Shown: piece after piece, positions 23,305 through 33,560 of the stretch
How positions within the stretch are numbered: the first letter of the stretch is position 1
Layout: every line of letters starts with the position of its first letter
Source of the DNA: Pseudomonadota bacterium
GTDB lineage: Bacteria > Pseudomonadota > Gammaproteobacteria > Burkholderiales > Burkholderiaceae_C
NCBI GenBank assembly: GCA_041157045.1
Contig: JBEBDJ010000111.1
Coordinates: 860 to 64,859 of the forward strand
DNA length: 64,000 nt
Reading direction: 5' to 3'
The notes under the pieces: model-generated
Databases searched by the model: none
What the model was told of the DNA's origin: nothing
What the model saw: only the letters and a program-made list of their open reading frames with translations
Made by a program: the position numbers and the translations under genes

Positions 23305-25013
23305 GCACCTTGTACGAGCAACACCGCGAGCTGCTGGCCGCCGCGCGCGAGGCCTGTGCGCGACGCGAGGCCTGGAGCCCCTACCCCGAGATGCCCGAGC
23401 GCTATCCCGATGCCGAGGCGGCGCAGGCGCGCGGGCGGGCGGCCTTCGAGGCGCATCGCCAGCGCGGCCGCTTTTTGATCGACCAGCCCGGTGTGCAGGA
23501 CTGGGTGGGCGAGGAGGTCTCGCCCTACACCCAGGCGCCGCTGGGCATTGTCTACCCGCAGTCCGATCTGGACACCTTGATGGCCAGCGCCGAAGCGGCC
23601 ATGCCGGCCTGGGCGCAGGCGAGCATCGAGACGCGCCTGGGCGTGCTGATGGAGGTGCTGCAGACGCTCTACCGCGACCACCTGTTCGAGATCGCGCAAG
23701 CGGTCATGCACACCGCCGGACAAAGCGAGAACATGGCCTATGCCGGCTCGGGCGTGAACGCGCTCGACCGCGGCATCGAGGCGCTGGTCTATGCCGAGCA
23801 GGCCATGCGCTCGGTCACGCCGCATGGGCAGTGGACGCGCCGCTTTGGCAAGGTGGAGATCGCCCTCGAGAAGACCTGGCGCCTGGTGCCGCGCGGGGTG
23901 GCGGTCTGCTTTGCCTGCGCCAGCTTCCCGACCTGGAACGCCTGGCCCTCGATGCTGGCCAGCCTGGCCACCGGCAACCCGGTGGTGGTCAAGCCGCACC
24001 CCGCCACGGTGCTGCCGATGGCGATCACGGTGGCGGTGTGCCGCCAGGTGCTGCAGGCCGCCGGCTTTGATCCGAACCTGGTGACGATGGCGCTGGACAC
24101 CGTGGCCGACCCGATCGGCAAGCGCCTGGTCAAGCACCCGCGCACCGCCATCGTGGACTTCACCGGCAGCGTGCGCTTTGGCCAGTGGGTCGAGCAGAAC
24201 GCGCACCCGGCGCTGTGCTACACCGAAACCGCTGGCTGCAACACCGTGGTGCTGACCGCCTGCGAGGACCTGGACGCGGTGCTGCGCAGCCTGGCCACGA
24301 CGCTGTGCATGTTCAGCGCGCAGATGTGCACCAGCCCGCAGAACATCTATGTGCCGCGCGAAGGGGTGCAGACCCCGCAAGGCGTGGTGCCACTGGCCGA
24401 GGTGGGTGCGCGCCTGGCGCAGGCGGTGCAGGCGCTCACGCAGGACCCGCGGCGCGCGGCCATGATCCTGGCGACCATCCAGTCGCCGCAGACCCTGGCG
24501 CTGGTGCAGCAGCTGCACGACGAGGGCCGGGCCGTGGGCCAGGTGCTGCTGGCGCCGGGCCACTACACGCACCCGGCCTTCCCGCAGGCGCGCACCTGCA
24601 CGCCGCTCATGCTGCAGGTGGGCACCACGCAACGCGCGCTGTATGCGCAGGAGCGCTTTGGCCCCATCAGCTTTGTGATCGCTTGCGCCGACGCGCAGGA
24701 CGCGCTGGCGCAGGCCTGTGCCGATGTGCGCGAGCACGGCGGCCTGACGGCCTTTCTGTACGCCACCGACGAGGCCTTCATCGAACAGGCCGAGCTGGCC
24801 TATGCCCGCGCTGGCGCGCAGCTGACCATCAACCTGACTGGGCCGATGCCGCTGAACTTTGCAGCGGCCTACAGCGACTACCACGTCACCGGCCTGAACC
24901 CGGCGGGCAATGCCACGCTGACCAACCTGGCCTTTGTGAGCGCGCGCTTTGCGGTGGTGCAGTCGCGCCGGCCCAAGCGCCCCACCCCCCAAACCGCGCA
25001 GGAGGCCGCATGA
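23301..25013 (+). CDS. PaaN-like aldehyde dehydrogenase
   Basis: FPTWNAWP, LATGNPVVVKPHP, DFTGS, ETAGCN, SAQMCT (catalytic Cys), ERFGP, YSDYHVTGLNPAGNA. Confidence 0.88.
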   Translation: MSTLYEQHRELLAAAREACARREAWSPYPEMPERYPDAEAAQARGRAAFEAHRQRGRFLIDQPGVQDWVGEEVSPYTQAPLGIVYPQSDLDTLMASAEAAMPAWAQASIETRLGVLMEVLQTLYRDHLFEIAQAVMHTAGQSENMAYAGSGVNALDRGIEALVYAEQAMRSVTPHGQWTRRFGKVEIALEKTWRLVPRGVAVCFACASFPTWNAWPSMLASLATGNPVVVKPHPATVLPMAITVAVCRQVLQAAGFDPNLVTMALDTVADPIGKRLVKHPRTAIVDFTGSVRFGQWVEQNAHPALCYTETAGCNTVVLTACEDLDAVLRSLATTLCMFSAQMCTSPQNIYVPREGVQTPQGVVPLAEVGARLAQAVQALTQDPRRAAMILATIQSPQTLALVQQLHDEGRAVGQVLLAPGHYTHPAFPQARTCTPLMLQVGTTQRALYAQERFGPISFVIACADAQDALAQACADVREHGGLTAFLYATDEAFIEQAELAYARAGAQLTINLTGPMPLNFAAAYSDYHVTGLNPAGNATLTNLAFVSARFAVVQSRRPKRPTPQTAQEAA

Positions 25014-25978
25014 TCGACGCCCTCTGGCAGTTTCCGGTGCCGCTGCTGGCCCTCTGGGCCGTGCTGGCGGGTCTTTGGCTGTGGGCGCGACCCATGTCGG
25101 GGCGGCGCCTGCTCGACTGGGCCTATCCCCTGTTGCCGCTGGGGGTGGCGATGCTGCCCGGGCTTTGGCCCACGCAGACCTGGCTGACGGTGTGGCTGCA
25201 AGCCGGGCTGTGGCTGTGGGTGTGGCTGACGGTGGTGTGGGTGATCAGCCTGCTCAAGCGCGACAGCAGCATCATGGACATTGCCTTTGGCCTGCTGATG
25301 CTGGCCCTGCCCTGGTGGCTGCAGGCGCAGCAGGGTGGCGTGGCCGCAGGCACCGCCACGCTGGCGCTGTGGCTGGCCACGCTGGGCTTTGGCCGCTACA
25401 GCCTGCACATCCTGCGGCGCAACCTGCCGCATGGCGAGGACGCGCGCTACGCCCGCTGGCGCGAGCGCTCGGGCAGCCGCTGGTGGTGGTGGAGCTACTT
25501 CCAGGTGTTCCTGCTGCAAGGCGTGGTGCTGTGGGTCTGGGCCCTGCCCCTGGTGCTGGCGGTGGGCTTGCCGGCGGCGCCGCTGGGCCCGCTGGACGCG
25601 CTGGGCGCGGCGGTGTGGGCGCTGGGCTTTGTGTTTGAGGCCGGCGGCGACTGGCAGCTCACGCGCTTTTTGCGCACCCGGCGCGACCGCAGCCAATTGC
25701 TCGACACCGGCCTGTGGGCGCTCACACGGCATCCCAATTATTTTGGTCAGACCTGCATGTGGTGGGGCTACGCCCTGCTGGCGCTGGCGCATCCCGTGGG
25801 CGTGCTGGGTCTGTTCAGCGTCGCCTACATCACCTGGTTCATGTACCGTGGCTCGGCCACATCGTTGATGGAGAAGCACATGCATCGACACAAACCCGGC
25901 TACGCGGCCTACTGCGCGCGCGTGCCGGCCTTCTTCCCTCGCCTGTGGCCCGCTGGCCGCCCCAAGGACGCGGCATGA
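25010..25978 (+). CDS. DUF1295 / steroid 5-alpha-reductase-like membrane protein
   Basis: SIMDIAF, GEDARY, FEAGGDWQL, GLWALTRHPNYFG, YCARVPAFFP. Confidence 0.88.
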   Translation: MIDALWQFPVPLLALWAVLAGLWLWARPMSGRRLLDWAYPLLPLGVAMLPGLWPTQTWLTVWLQAGLWLWVWLTVVWVISLLKRDSSIMDIAFGLLMLALPWWLQAQQGGVAAGTATLALWLATLGFGRYSLHILRRNLPHGEDARYARWRERSGSRWWWWSYFQVFLLQGVVLWVWALPLVLAVGLPAAPLGPLDALGAAVWALGFVFEAGGDWQLTRFLRTRRDRSQLLDTGLWALTRHPNYFGQTCMWWGYALLALAHPVGVLGLFSVAYITWFMYRGSATSLMEKHMHRHKPGYAAYCARVPAFFPRLWPAGRPKDAA

Positions 25979-27183
25979 GCGGCGCCTGGATCATTGACGC
26001 GGTGCGCAGCCCGCGCGGGCGGGGCAACGACAAGGGCGCCCTGCGCCCCATCGCCCCGGTGGCCCTGCTCGGGCAGACCCTGTCGGCCCTGGCCGCACGC
26101 CAGTCGCTGGCCACCGAGCAGGTGGTCGAGGGCGTGTTTGGCTGCGTCACGCAGACGGGCGAGCAGGGCTCGGCCATCGGCAAACTCGGCTTGATCGAGG
26201 CCGGCTGGTCCGACGCGGTGCCGGGCCTGACCATCAACCGCTATTGCGCCTCGGGCCTGTCGGCCCTGGACCTGGCCGCGCAGGCGGCCATGCGGGAGGG
26301 CGCGCTGGCGGTGGGGGGCGGGGTCGAGATGATGTCGCGCGTGCCCATGGCCAGCGACCAGGGCCCGCTCACGCACGACGGCGCGCTGCAGCGGCGCCAT
26401 GCGCTGGTGCCCATTGGCCTGTCGGCCGATGCGGTGGCCACCATGGAAGGCTTCTCACGCGCGCAGTGCGACGACTTTGCGCTGGCCTCGCAGCAGCGCG
26501 CCGTGGCCGCCGTGCAATCGGGCCGCTTTGTCTCGGTGGTGCCGGTTCTGGGCGAGGACGGGTCGACCTTGCTCGCGCAAGACGAGACGCCGCGCGCGAG
26601 CACCAACGCGGCATCGCTGGCGGCGCTGGCACCGGCCTTTGCCGCGCTGGGCCAGAAGACCGGCTTTGACGCGCTGCTGTGCGAGCGCTATGGCCTGGCG
26701 CAGATCGACCATGTGCAGCATGCGGGCAACTCGCCGGCCATGGCCGACGGCGCGTCGGCGGTGCTGGTGGCGCATCCCGACGCCGCGCGGGCCCAGGGCC
26801 TGCGCCCGCGCGCGCGCATTCTCTCGTGCGCCACCGTCAGCGTGGACCACACGCTGGCCCTCACCGGTTCGGTGCCGGCCACCGAGCGGGCGCTGGCCAA
26901 GGCGGGCCTGGGCGTGGCCGACATCGACCTGTTCGAGGTCAACGAATCGTTTGCGTCGCTGATGCTGCATTACATGCGCCACCTGGGCGTGCCGCACGAC
27001 AAGCTCAATGTGAACGGCGGCGCGATCGCGCTGGGACACGCCATGGGCTCGACCGGCACCTCCTTGGTGGGCATGGCGCTCGATGAGCTGGAGCGGCGCG
27101 ATGCGCGGCGCGCGGTGGTGGCCATCTGCGGCGCCGCCGGGCTGGCGGTGGCCATGGTGCTGGAGCGCATGCCGCATGCCTGA
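25975..27183 (+). CDS. acetyl-CoA C-acyltransferase (classical thiolase)
   Basis: DAVRSPRG, NRYCASG, FEVNESFA, GAIALGHAMG, AICGAAG. Confidence 0.93.
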   Translation: MSGAWIIDAVRSPRGRGNDKGALRPIAPVALLGQTLSALAARQSLATEQVVEGVFGCVTQTGEQGSAIGKLGLIEAGWSDAVPGLTINRYCASGLSALDLAAQAAMREGALAVGGGVEMMSRVPMASDQGPLTHDGALQRRHALVPIGLSADAVATMEGFSRAQCDDFALASQQRAVAAVQSGRFVSVVPVLGEDGSTLLAQDETPRASTNAASLAALAPAFAALGQKTGFDALLCERYGLAQIDHVQHAGNSPAMADGASAVLVAHPDAARAQGLRPRARILSCATVSVDHTLALTGSVPATERALAKAGLGVADIDLFEVNESFASLMLHYMRHLGVPHDKLNVNGGAIALGHAMGSTGTSLVGMALDELERRDARRAVVAICGAAGLAVAMVLERMPHA

Positions 27184-28117
27184 GACACGTGTGTCCCCCG
27201 ATCTGCCGCTGCTGCACGATGCGCTCATGAGCAGCACGCTCAACCACGGCCTGCAGCTGGTGGGCGACCGCTGGACGGCCGAGGTGTTGCTGGGCGCCTT
27301 TGTGGGGGTGCGCCGTTTTGACGACTGGCTGCGCCGCTCGGGCATGCCACGGCCCACCCTGTCCTCGCGCCTGAAAGCGCTGATGGCCCTGGGGGTGCTG
27401 CGCGCCCAGGTCTACCAGGAGCGCCCGGTGCGCCAGACCTACCACCTCACGCCCAAGGGGCGCGCGCTCTACGGCCCGGTGCTGATGATCTGGGACTGGG
27501 AGCACCGCTGGGGCGACCGGCGCGACCGCCTGCCGCAACGCCTGGTGCACCGCAGCTGCGGCCAGCGCACACGCCCCACCCTGGTGTGCGCGCATTGCCG
27601 CGCGCCGGCGGGGCTGCGCGACCTGCGCCTGCAATTGCGCCCCAACCCACGCCTGCTCAACACCGGTGCGCCGGTGGTGCGCAGCGCGCGCATCCCGAAC
27701 GCCGAGAGCAAGGGCCTGCAGCTGGGCTTGCGGGTGGACCGCTGGTGCCTGCTGATCGTCACCGCGGTCATGCTGGGCTGCCACTATTTTGACGAGCTGT
27801 CGCAGGCCCTGGGCATTGTCCCGAGCGTGCTCTCGCGCCGCCTGGCAGGCATGTGCGAGACCGGCCTGCTGCAAGTGGAGGCCGACCGCCAGGATGCGCG
27901 GCGGCGCCTGTACCGGCTGACCGATAGCAGCCGGGACCTGTTTGGTTACCTGACGACGCTGAGCACCTGGGCCAGCCTCGAGCATCTGAAGGAGCCATCG
28001 TCGATCCGGCCGCACCATCTGGCGTGCCGGCATGCTTTTGTGCCGCTGGTCGCGTGCAGCCATTGCCGCGACCCGCTGCTGCCAAGGGACGTGGTCCCAG
28101 AGGGAGTTCCCGCATGA
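27176..28117 (+). CDS. tandem HxlR-type winged-helix regulator
   Basis: Two repeats starting GDRW/VDRW, each with L..RL..L...G, Y.LT and a C-terminal HxxC...CxHC motif. Confidence 0.85.
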   Translation: MPETRVSPDLPLLHDALMSSTLNHGLQLVGDRWTAEVLLGAFVGVRRFDDWLRRSGMPRPTLSSRLKALMALGVLRAQVYQERPVRQTYHLTPKGRALYGPVLMIWDWEHRWGDRRDRLPQRLVHRSCGQRTRPTLVCAHCRAPAGLRDLRLQLRPNPRLLNTGAPVVRSARIPNAESKGLQLGLRVDRWCLLIVTAVMLGCHYFDELSQALGIVPSVLSRRLAGMCETGLLQVEADRQDARRRLYRLTDSSRDLFGYLTTLSTWASLEHLKEPSSIRPHHLACRHAFVPLVACSHCRDPLLPRDVVPEGVPA

Positions 28118-28998
28118 ACGATACCTGGTTGGTGCTGGCGCAGCTGACGCTCAACGGCGTGGCCGTGGGCGCCATCTATGCGCTGGTGGCGCTCGGCATT
28201 GTGCTGATTTACAAGGCCACCGAGGTGCTCAATTTTGCGCACGGCGACCTGCTGGTGGTCTCGGCCTTTTGCGCCTGGGGCCTCATCGTGGTGCTGGGCC
28301 TGCCCTTCTGGCTGGCGCTGCTGCTGACGGTGCTGGTGGTGGCGCTGCTGGCCTATGCGCTCGATGCCCTGGTGATCCGGCGCATCGCCGGTCAGCCGCA
28401 GTTTGCCGGCGTGATGCTGACGATTGCGCTGGCCTTCATGATCCGCGGCCTGGTGAGCATGGGCTTTGGCCCGGAGTCGCGCAACTACCCCACGCCCTGG
28501 AGCAACCAGACCACGCACATTGGCGCGCTGGCGGTGGCCGATCTGCAGCTGATGATCCTGGCGGCCTCGCTGCTGGTGACGCTGGTGCTGTATGGCTTTT
28601 TCCGCTTCACACGCCTGGGCGTGGCCATGCAGGCGGCCTCGCAAAACCAGCTGGCGGCCTATCTGAACGGGGTGCAGGTCAAGCGCGTGAACTCGCTGGT
28701 CTGGGCCCTGGGGGGCATCACGGCGGCGGTGGCGGGGGTGCTGCTGGCGCCCATCACCCTGGTGGACATCAGCCTGTGGTTTGTCACCCTCAAGGCCCTC
28801 TCGGCCCTGGTGCTGGGCGGCTTTGGCAGCGTGCCCGGGGCGATTGTCGGTGGCCTGCTGATTGGCGTGATCGAGCAGTACGCCGGCGTCTACATGCCCG
28901 ATGGCAGCAAGGACATCGTGGCCTACCTGGTGCTCATCGTGGTCTTGTTTGTGCGTCCGCGCGGTCTGCTGGGCGAAGCCCACGGCCGGCGCGTCTGA
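28114..28998 (+). CDS. Liv-type ABC transporter permease (LivH-like)
   Basis: GAIYALVALG, LNFAHG, TRLGVAMQA, VLGGFGS, RPRGLLG. Confidence 0.93.
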   Translation: MNDTWLVLAQLTLNGVAVGAIYALVALGIVLIYKATEVLNFAHGDLLVVSAFCAWGLIVVLGLPFWLALLLTVLVVALLAYALDALVIRRIAGQPQFAGVMLTIALAFMIRGLVSMGFGPESRNYPTPWSNQTTHIGALAVADLQLMILAASLLVTLVLYGFFRFTRLGVAMQAASQNQLAAYLNGVQVKRVNSLVWALGGITAAVAGVLLAPITLVDISLWFVTLKALSALVLGGFGSVPGAIVGGLLIGVIEQYAGVYMPDGSKDIVAYLVLIVVLFVRPRGLLGEAHGRRV

Positions 28999-29013
28999 AG
29001 AAAGGACCACGCG

Positions 29014-30090
29014 ATGCGTTTTGATTACCACACCCGATACCGCGACAGCTTTGCGCTGTTTCGCAGCCCGCTCGAGCGCGGTCTCTACCTGCTGCTGGTG
29101 CTCTTGCTGGTGGTGCTGCCCTGGCTGGCCACGCCCTTTGTGATGGGCGAGCTCAGCTATGTCTTCATCCTCTGCATCGCCAGCCTGGGGCTGATGATGC
29201 TGGCGGGCTACACCGGCCAGGTCTCGCTCGGGCACGCGGCCTTTGTGGCCATTGGCGCGTATGCGCAGGCCTGGCTGCTGGGCAAGGGCGTGCCGCTCCT
29301 GCTGTCGCTGCCGCTGGCGGCGCTCATCAGCGCAGCCGCTGGCTTGCTGGTGGGGGTGCCCGCCATCCGGGTCTCGGGCCTGTACCTGGCCATGGTGACG
29401 CTGGCCTTCTCGATCATTGTCGAGCAGGTGGTCGGGCACTGGTCCTCGGTGACCGGGGGCTTTACCGGCCTGAGCGTGCCCAATGCCCAGATCCTGGGCC
29501 TGGACCTGGGCAAGCCACAGGTCTTCTACTACTTCTGCCTGGCCCTGCTGGTGCTGGTGCTGCTGGCGCTGCGCAACCTGCTGCGCAGCGGCATCGGACG
29601 CGCCTTTGTGGGCGTGCGCGACTCCGAGGCCGCCGCCTACGCGCTGGGCATCGCGGCCTCGCGCGTGAAGGTGGGCGCGTTTGCGCTGTCGGCCGGCGTG
29701 ACCGGCCTGGCCGGCGCGGCGCTGGCGCACCACCTGAAATACCTCACGCCCGATGGCTTCACGCTGCTGCTGTCGCTCGAGCTGGTGCTGATGGTGGTCA
29801 TTGGCGGCCTGGGCAGCCTGCGCGGGGCGGTGCTGGGCGCCATGCTCATCAGCTTGCTGCCCTCGGCCATCTCGCGCATCAAGCCGCTGTTGCCCGAGGC
29901 GGTGGCCAAGCAGTTCGGGCTGGAGATCTTTGCCTTCGGCCTGGTGCTGGCGCTGTTTGTGCTGTTCGAGCCCGCTGGGCTCAACGGCCGCTGGCTCAAG
30001 CTGCGTGCGCTGCTCGAATCCTTCCCGCTGTACCGGCAGGACACCTTCAAGCGCCAGAAGCGCTACATGAAATCGGAGCGCTATCGATGA
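29014..30090 (+). CDS. Liv-type ABC transporter permease (LivM-like)
   Basis: GYTGQVSLGHAAF, GLYLAMVTLAF, GRAFVGVRD, VIGGLGS. Confidence 0.93.
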   Translation: MRFDYHTRYRDSFALFRSPLERGLYLLLVLLLVVLPWLATPFVMGELSYVFILCIASLGLMMLAGYTGQVSLGHAAFVAIGAYAQAWLLGKGVPLLLSLPLAALISAAAGLLVGVPAIRVSGLYLAMVTLAFSIIVEQVVGHWSSVTGGFTGLSVPNAQILGLDLGKPQVFYYFCLALLVLVLLALRNLLRSGIGRAFVGVRDSEAAAYALGIAASRVKVGAFALSAGVTGLAGAALAHHLKYLTPDGFTLLLSLELVLMVVIGGLGSLRGAVLGAMLISLLPSAISRIKPLLPEAVAKQFGLEIFAFGLVLALFVLFEPAGLNGRWLKLRALLESFPLYRQDTFKRQKRYMKSERYR

Positions 30091-30857
30091 ACGAGCAAGT
30101 CCCCCTGCTGCAAGTGCAGGATCTGTCGCTGGCCTTTGGCGGCGTGCAGGCGGTGGCCGGCCTGAGCCTGGCGGTCCACCGCGGCGAGGTGCTGGCGGTG
30201 ATCGGCCCCAACGGCGCCGGCAAGACCAGCCTGCTCAACGCCATCACCCGGGTGTTCGATGTGAGCGGCGGCGAGATCCGCTTCAAGGGCCAGCCCATCA
30301 CCGGCCTGCCGCGACACCGCATCGCCCACCTGGGCATGGCCCGCACCTTCCAGAACATCGAGCTGTTCGAGGCGGCCACCGTGCTCGACAACCTGTTGCT
30401 CGGGCGGCAGCGCTTTGACCAGGGCCCGTGGTGGCAGCAGGTGCTGCGCACCCCGGCGCTGGTGCGCCTGGAGGAGGCCGCGCGCGCCGAGGTCGAGGCG
30501 GTGATCGAGTTCCTGGACCTCTCGGCCTGGCGCAATGCGCCGATTGCCGGCCTGCCCTACGGCGTGCGCAAGGTGGTGGAACTCGGGCGCGCGCTGTGCT
30601 GCAAGCCCGAGCTGCTGTTCCTGGACGAGCCGGCCTCGGGCCTGAACCCGGAGGAAACCCGCGAGCTGTCGTTCTGGATCGACGACATCCGCAGCGAGCT
30701 CGACATCACGGTGGTGATGGTCGAGCACGACATGTCGCTGGTCAGCGCGGTCGCCGACCGCGTCATCTGCATGGCGCAGGGCCGCCTGCTGGCGCAAGGC
30801 ACGCCGGCGCAGGTGCAGTCGGACCCGCAAGTCATTGCCGCCTACCTGGGAGCCTGA
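30087..30857 (+). CDS. ABC ATP-binding protein (LivG-like)
   Basis: GPNGAGKT, ARTFQN, LFLDEPASG, VEHDM, VIAAYLG. Confidence 0.95.
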   Translation: MNEQVPLLQVQDLSLAFGGVQAVAGLSLAVHRGEVLAVIGPNGAGKTSLLNAITRVFDVSGGEIRFKGQPITGLPRHRIAHLGMARTFQNIELFEAATVLDNLLLGRQRFDQGPWWQQVLRTPALVRLEEAARAEVEAVIEFLDLSAWRNAPIAGLPYGVRKVVELGRALCCKPELLFLDEPASGLNPEETRELSFWIDDIRSELDITVVMVEHDMSLVSAVADRVICMAQGRLLAQGTPAQVQSDPQVIAAYLGA

Positions 30858-30860
30858 GCC

Positions 30861-31637
30861 ATGACGGTTCTGTTGCAAGCGCGCAATCTGGAAACCTGGT
30901 ACGGCCCCATTGTGGCCATGCAAGGCGTGAACCTGGAGGTCCGCGAGGGCCAGATGGTCTGTGTGCTCGGTGCCAACGGCGCCGGCAAAACCACCTTGCT
31001 GGCCACGCTGGCCGGCGTGATCGACCCCTTCAAGGGCGAGGTGCTCTGGCGCGGCGAGCCGATCCAGGGCCTGGACGCCGACCAGGTCAGCCGGCGCGGC
31101 CTGGTGCTGGTGCCCGAGGGGCGCCAGGTCTATCCCTTTCTGAGTGTGCACGACAACCTGATGATGGGCGCCTACACCCGGCGCGACCGCGCTGCCGTGC
31201 AGGAGGACCTGCGCCGCGTGCACGACTGGTTCCCACGGCTGGCCGAGCGCGCGCAGCAGCACGCGGGCCTGCTCTCGGGCGGCGAGCAGCAGATGCTGGC
31301 GATTGGCCGCGCCTACATGGGCCAGCCCAAGCTGCTGATGCTCGACGAGCCCTCGCTCGGGCTCTCGCCCATTCTCACCCGCGAGATCTTCACCATCATC
31401 GGCCGCATCCGGCGCGAGACCGGCACCGCCATCTTGGTGGTGGAGCAAAACGCGGCGATTGCGCTGGCGCATGCCGACGATGGCTACATCATGGAATTGG
31501 GCCGCATCGTGGCGGCCGACAGTTGCGCGGCACTGAGCCAAAAGGCCGATGTGCGCGAGGCCTACCTGGGCGGCGGCCACGCGGCCAGCGCCAGTGGCAC
31601 CACGCAACGCTGGAAAAGGCGCAAAACATGGCGATGA
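30861..31637 (+). CDS. ABC ATP-binding protein (LivF-like)
   Basis: GANGAGKT, VPEGR, LSGGEQQM, LDEPSLG, VEQN. Confidence 0.95.
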   Translation: MTVLLQARNLETWYGPIVAMQGVNLEVREGQMVCVLGANGAGKTTLLATLAGVIDPFKGEVLWRGEPIQGLDADQVSRRGLVLVPEGRQVYPFLSVHDNLMMGAYTRRDRAAVQEDLRRVHDWFPRLAERAQQHAGLLSGGEQQMLAIGRAYMGQPKLLMLDEPSLGLSPILTREIFTIIGRIRRETGTAILVVEQNAAIALAHADDGYIMELGRIVAADSCAALSQKADVREAYLGGGHAASASGTTQRWKRRKTWR

Positions 31638-33487
31638 CCCCCCTGCACGTGCCCACGGGCACGACGATCGAGTTTCTGGGCCAGACCACGCCGGCCCGGG
31701 TGTTCCGCCAACGCTGTCGGGAATGGGACGCGCAGCCGGCCCTGCGGCACAAGCGCCGCGGCCTGTGGCAGTCGCTGAGCTGGCGCGATTACTACGCGCA
31801 GGCGCGGGCGCTGGCGCTGGCGCTGCGCGCGCTGGGCCTCGAACCCGGCCAGGGCCTGTGCGTGCTGGCCGAAAACCGCCCCGAGTGGCTGCTGCTGGAC
31901 ATGGCCGCGCAATGCAGCCGCCTGGTGGGCAACGGCATCTACCCCACCTCGTCGGCGGCGCAGGTGCAGCACATCCTGGCCGACAGCCTGGCGCGCGTGC
32001 TGGTGGTCGAGAACCAGGAGCAGCTGGACAAGGCGCTGGCGGTGCGCGAGCAATGCCCGCTGCTGCAGCGCATTGTGGTGATCGAGCGCGAGGGCCTGCG
32101 CGGCCTGAGTGACCCCGGCGTGATGTTCTACGACGAGTTGCTGGCCCAGGGCCTGGCGCTGGCGCAGGACAGCGCGCAACAGGCCTGGTTCGAGGCCAGC
32201 ATCGACGCGACCTCGCCCGATGAGCTGGCCTTTCTGGTCTACACCTCGGGCACCACCGGCGCGCCCAAGGGCGCCATGATCAGCAACCGCAACGTGGTGT
32301 TCCAGATGTCGCTGGCGCCCAGCTACATCCAGGTGCCCGCGCAGGCGCGCTCGCTGTCCTTTTTGCCGCTGTGCCACATTGCCGAGCGCATGGCCTCGGT
32401 CTACAACCCGCTGGCGGTGGGCCTGGTGGTGCACTTCCCCGAAAACAGCGGCACCGTCTTCAACGATTTGCGCGAGGTGGCGCCGCACCTGATTTTTGCG
32501 CCGCCGCGTTTCTGGGAAAAGATGTATTCGCAAATCGAGCTGTTCATGCGCGATGCGATTGGCCCGGCGCGCTGGGTCTGGCGCACGGCGCAGCGCTGGT
32601 CGGAGCCCGCGGTGCGCGCGCGCCTGGCCGGCCAGCCCGCGCCGCGCAGCGGCTTGCTCACGCGCCTGCTGCAAACGCTGGCGCTGCGCAATGTGCGCAT
32701 CTTTCTGGGCCTGCACCAGCTGCGCACCGCGCTCACCGGCGCCGCCCCGGTGCCCCCTGATCTGGTGCGCTGGTACCTGGGCATTGGCGTGGAGCTGCGC
32801 GAGGCCTTTGGCATGACCGAGACCTGTGGCTTTTGCACCGCCACCCCGGCGGGGCGCCTCAAGCTCGGCTGGGCGGGCGTGGCCGCGGCCGGCACCGAGC
32901 TGCGCATTGGCGAGGGCGACGAGGTGCTGGTGCGCGGGCCCAATGTGTTTGTGGGCTACTGGGGCCAGCCCGAGAAAACCGCCGAGGCGATTGACGCCGA
33001 GGGCTGGCTGCACACCGGCGACTGCGGCGCGATCGACGAGGAGGGCTACCTCAGCATCCGCGACCGCCTCAAGGACATCCTGATCACCTCGGGCGGCAAG
33101 AACATCACGCCCACGCAGATCGAGAGCCAGCTCAAGTTCAGCCCCTACATCACCGACGCGGTGGTGATTGGCGACGGGCGCAAGTACCTGTGCGCGCTGA
33201 TCATGCTCGACCAGGAACATGTGGCGCGCTTTGCGCAGGACCAGCAGGTGCCCTACACCGACTACGCCAGCCTCACCCGCACCGCGCCGGTGCGCCAGCT
33301 GATCGGCGCCGAGATCGAGCGCATCAACGCGCAACTCGCGCGGGTCGAGCAGATCAAGGACTTCCGCATCATTGCCGAATTGCTCACCGCCGAAGACGAG
33401 GAGCTCACGCCCACCATGAAGCTCAAGCGCAAGGTGGTGGCACGCCGCTACGCCGCCTTGATTGAAGAGATGTATGCCAGCCCCTGA
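31634..33487 (+). CDS. long-chain-fatty-acid--CoA ligase (FadD15-like)
   Basis: YTSGTTGAPKG, FLPLCHIAER, FGMTE, WLHTGD, TSGGKNI, ELTPTMKLKR. Confidence 0.93.
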   Translation: MTPLHVPTGTTIEFLGQTTPARVFRQRCREWDAQPALRHKRRGLWQSLSWRDYYAQARALALALRALGLEPGQGLCVLAENRPEWLLLDMAAQCSRLVGNGIYPTSSAAQVQHILADSLARVLVVENQEQLDKALAVREQCPLLQRIVVIEREGLRGLSDPGVMFYDELLAQGLALAQDSAQQAWFEASIDATSPDELAFLVYTSGTTGAPKGAMISNRNVVFQMSLAPSYIQVPAQARSLSFLPLCHIAERMASVYNPLAVGLVVHFPENSGTVFNDLREVAPHLIFAPPRFWEKMYSQIELFMRDAIGPARWVWRTAQRWSEPAVRARLAGQPAPRSGLLTRLLQTLALRNVRIFLGLHQLRTALTGAAPVPPDLVRWYLGIGVELREAFGMTETCGFCTATPAGRLKLGWAGVAAAGTELRIGEGDEVLVRGPNVFVGYWGQPEKTAEAIDAEGWLHTGDCGAIDEEGYLSIRDRLKDILITSGGKNITPTQIESQLKFSPYITDAVVIGDGRKYLCALIMLDQEHVARFAQDQQVPYTDYASLTRTAPVRQLIGAEIERINAQLARVEQIKDFRIIAELLTAEDEELTPTMKLKRKVVARRYAALIEEMYASP

Positions 33488-33560
33488 ATCTCAGGGTTCG
33501 CACGCATGACCGATGGCTTTGCCTGTTTCACCATGTCAACACACCAAAAGGAGACTGACC

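Noticed and set aside
30428-33487. 1019-aa ORF suggesting an extended acyl-CoA ligase
   Set aside because: The first ~400 codons are an off-frame shadow of the two ABC ATPases; the ligase starts at about 31634
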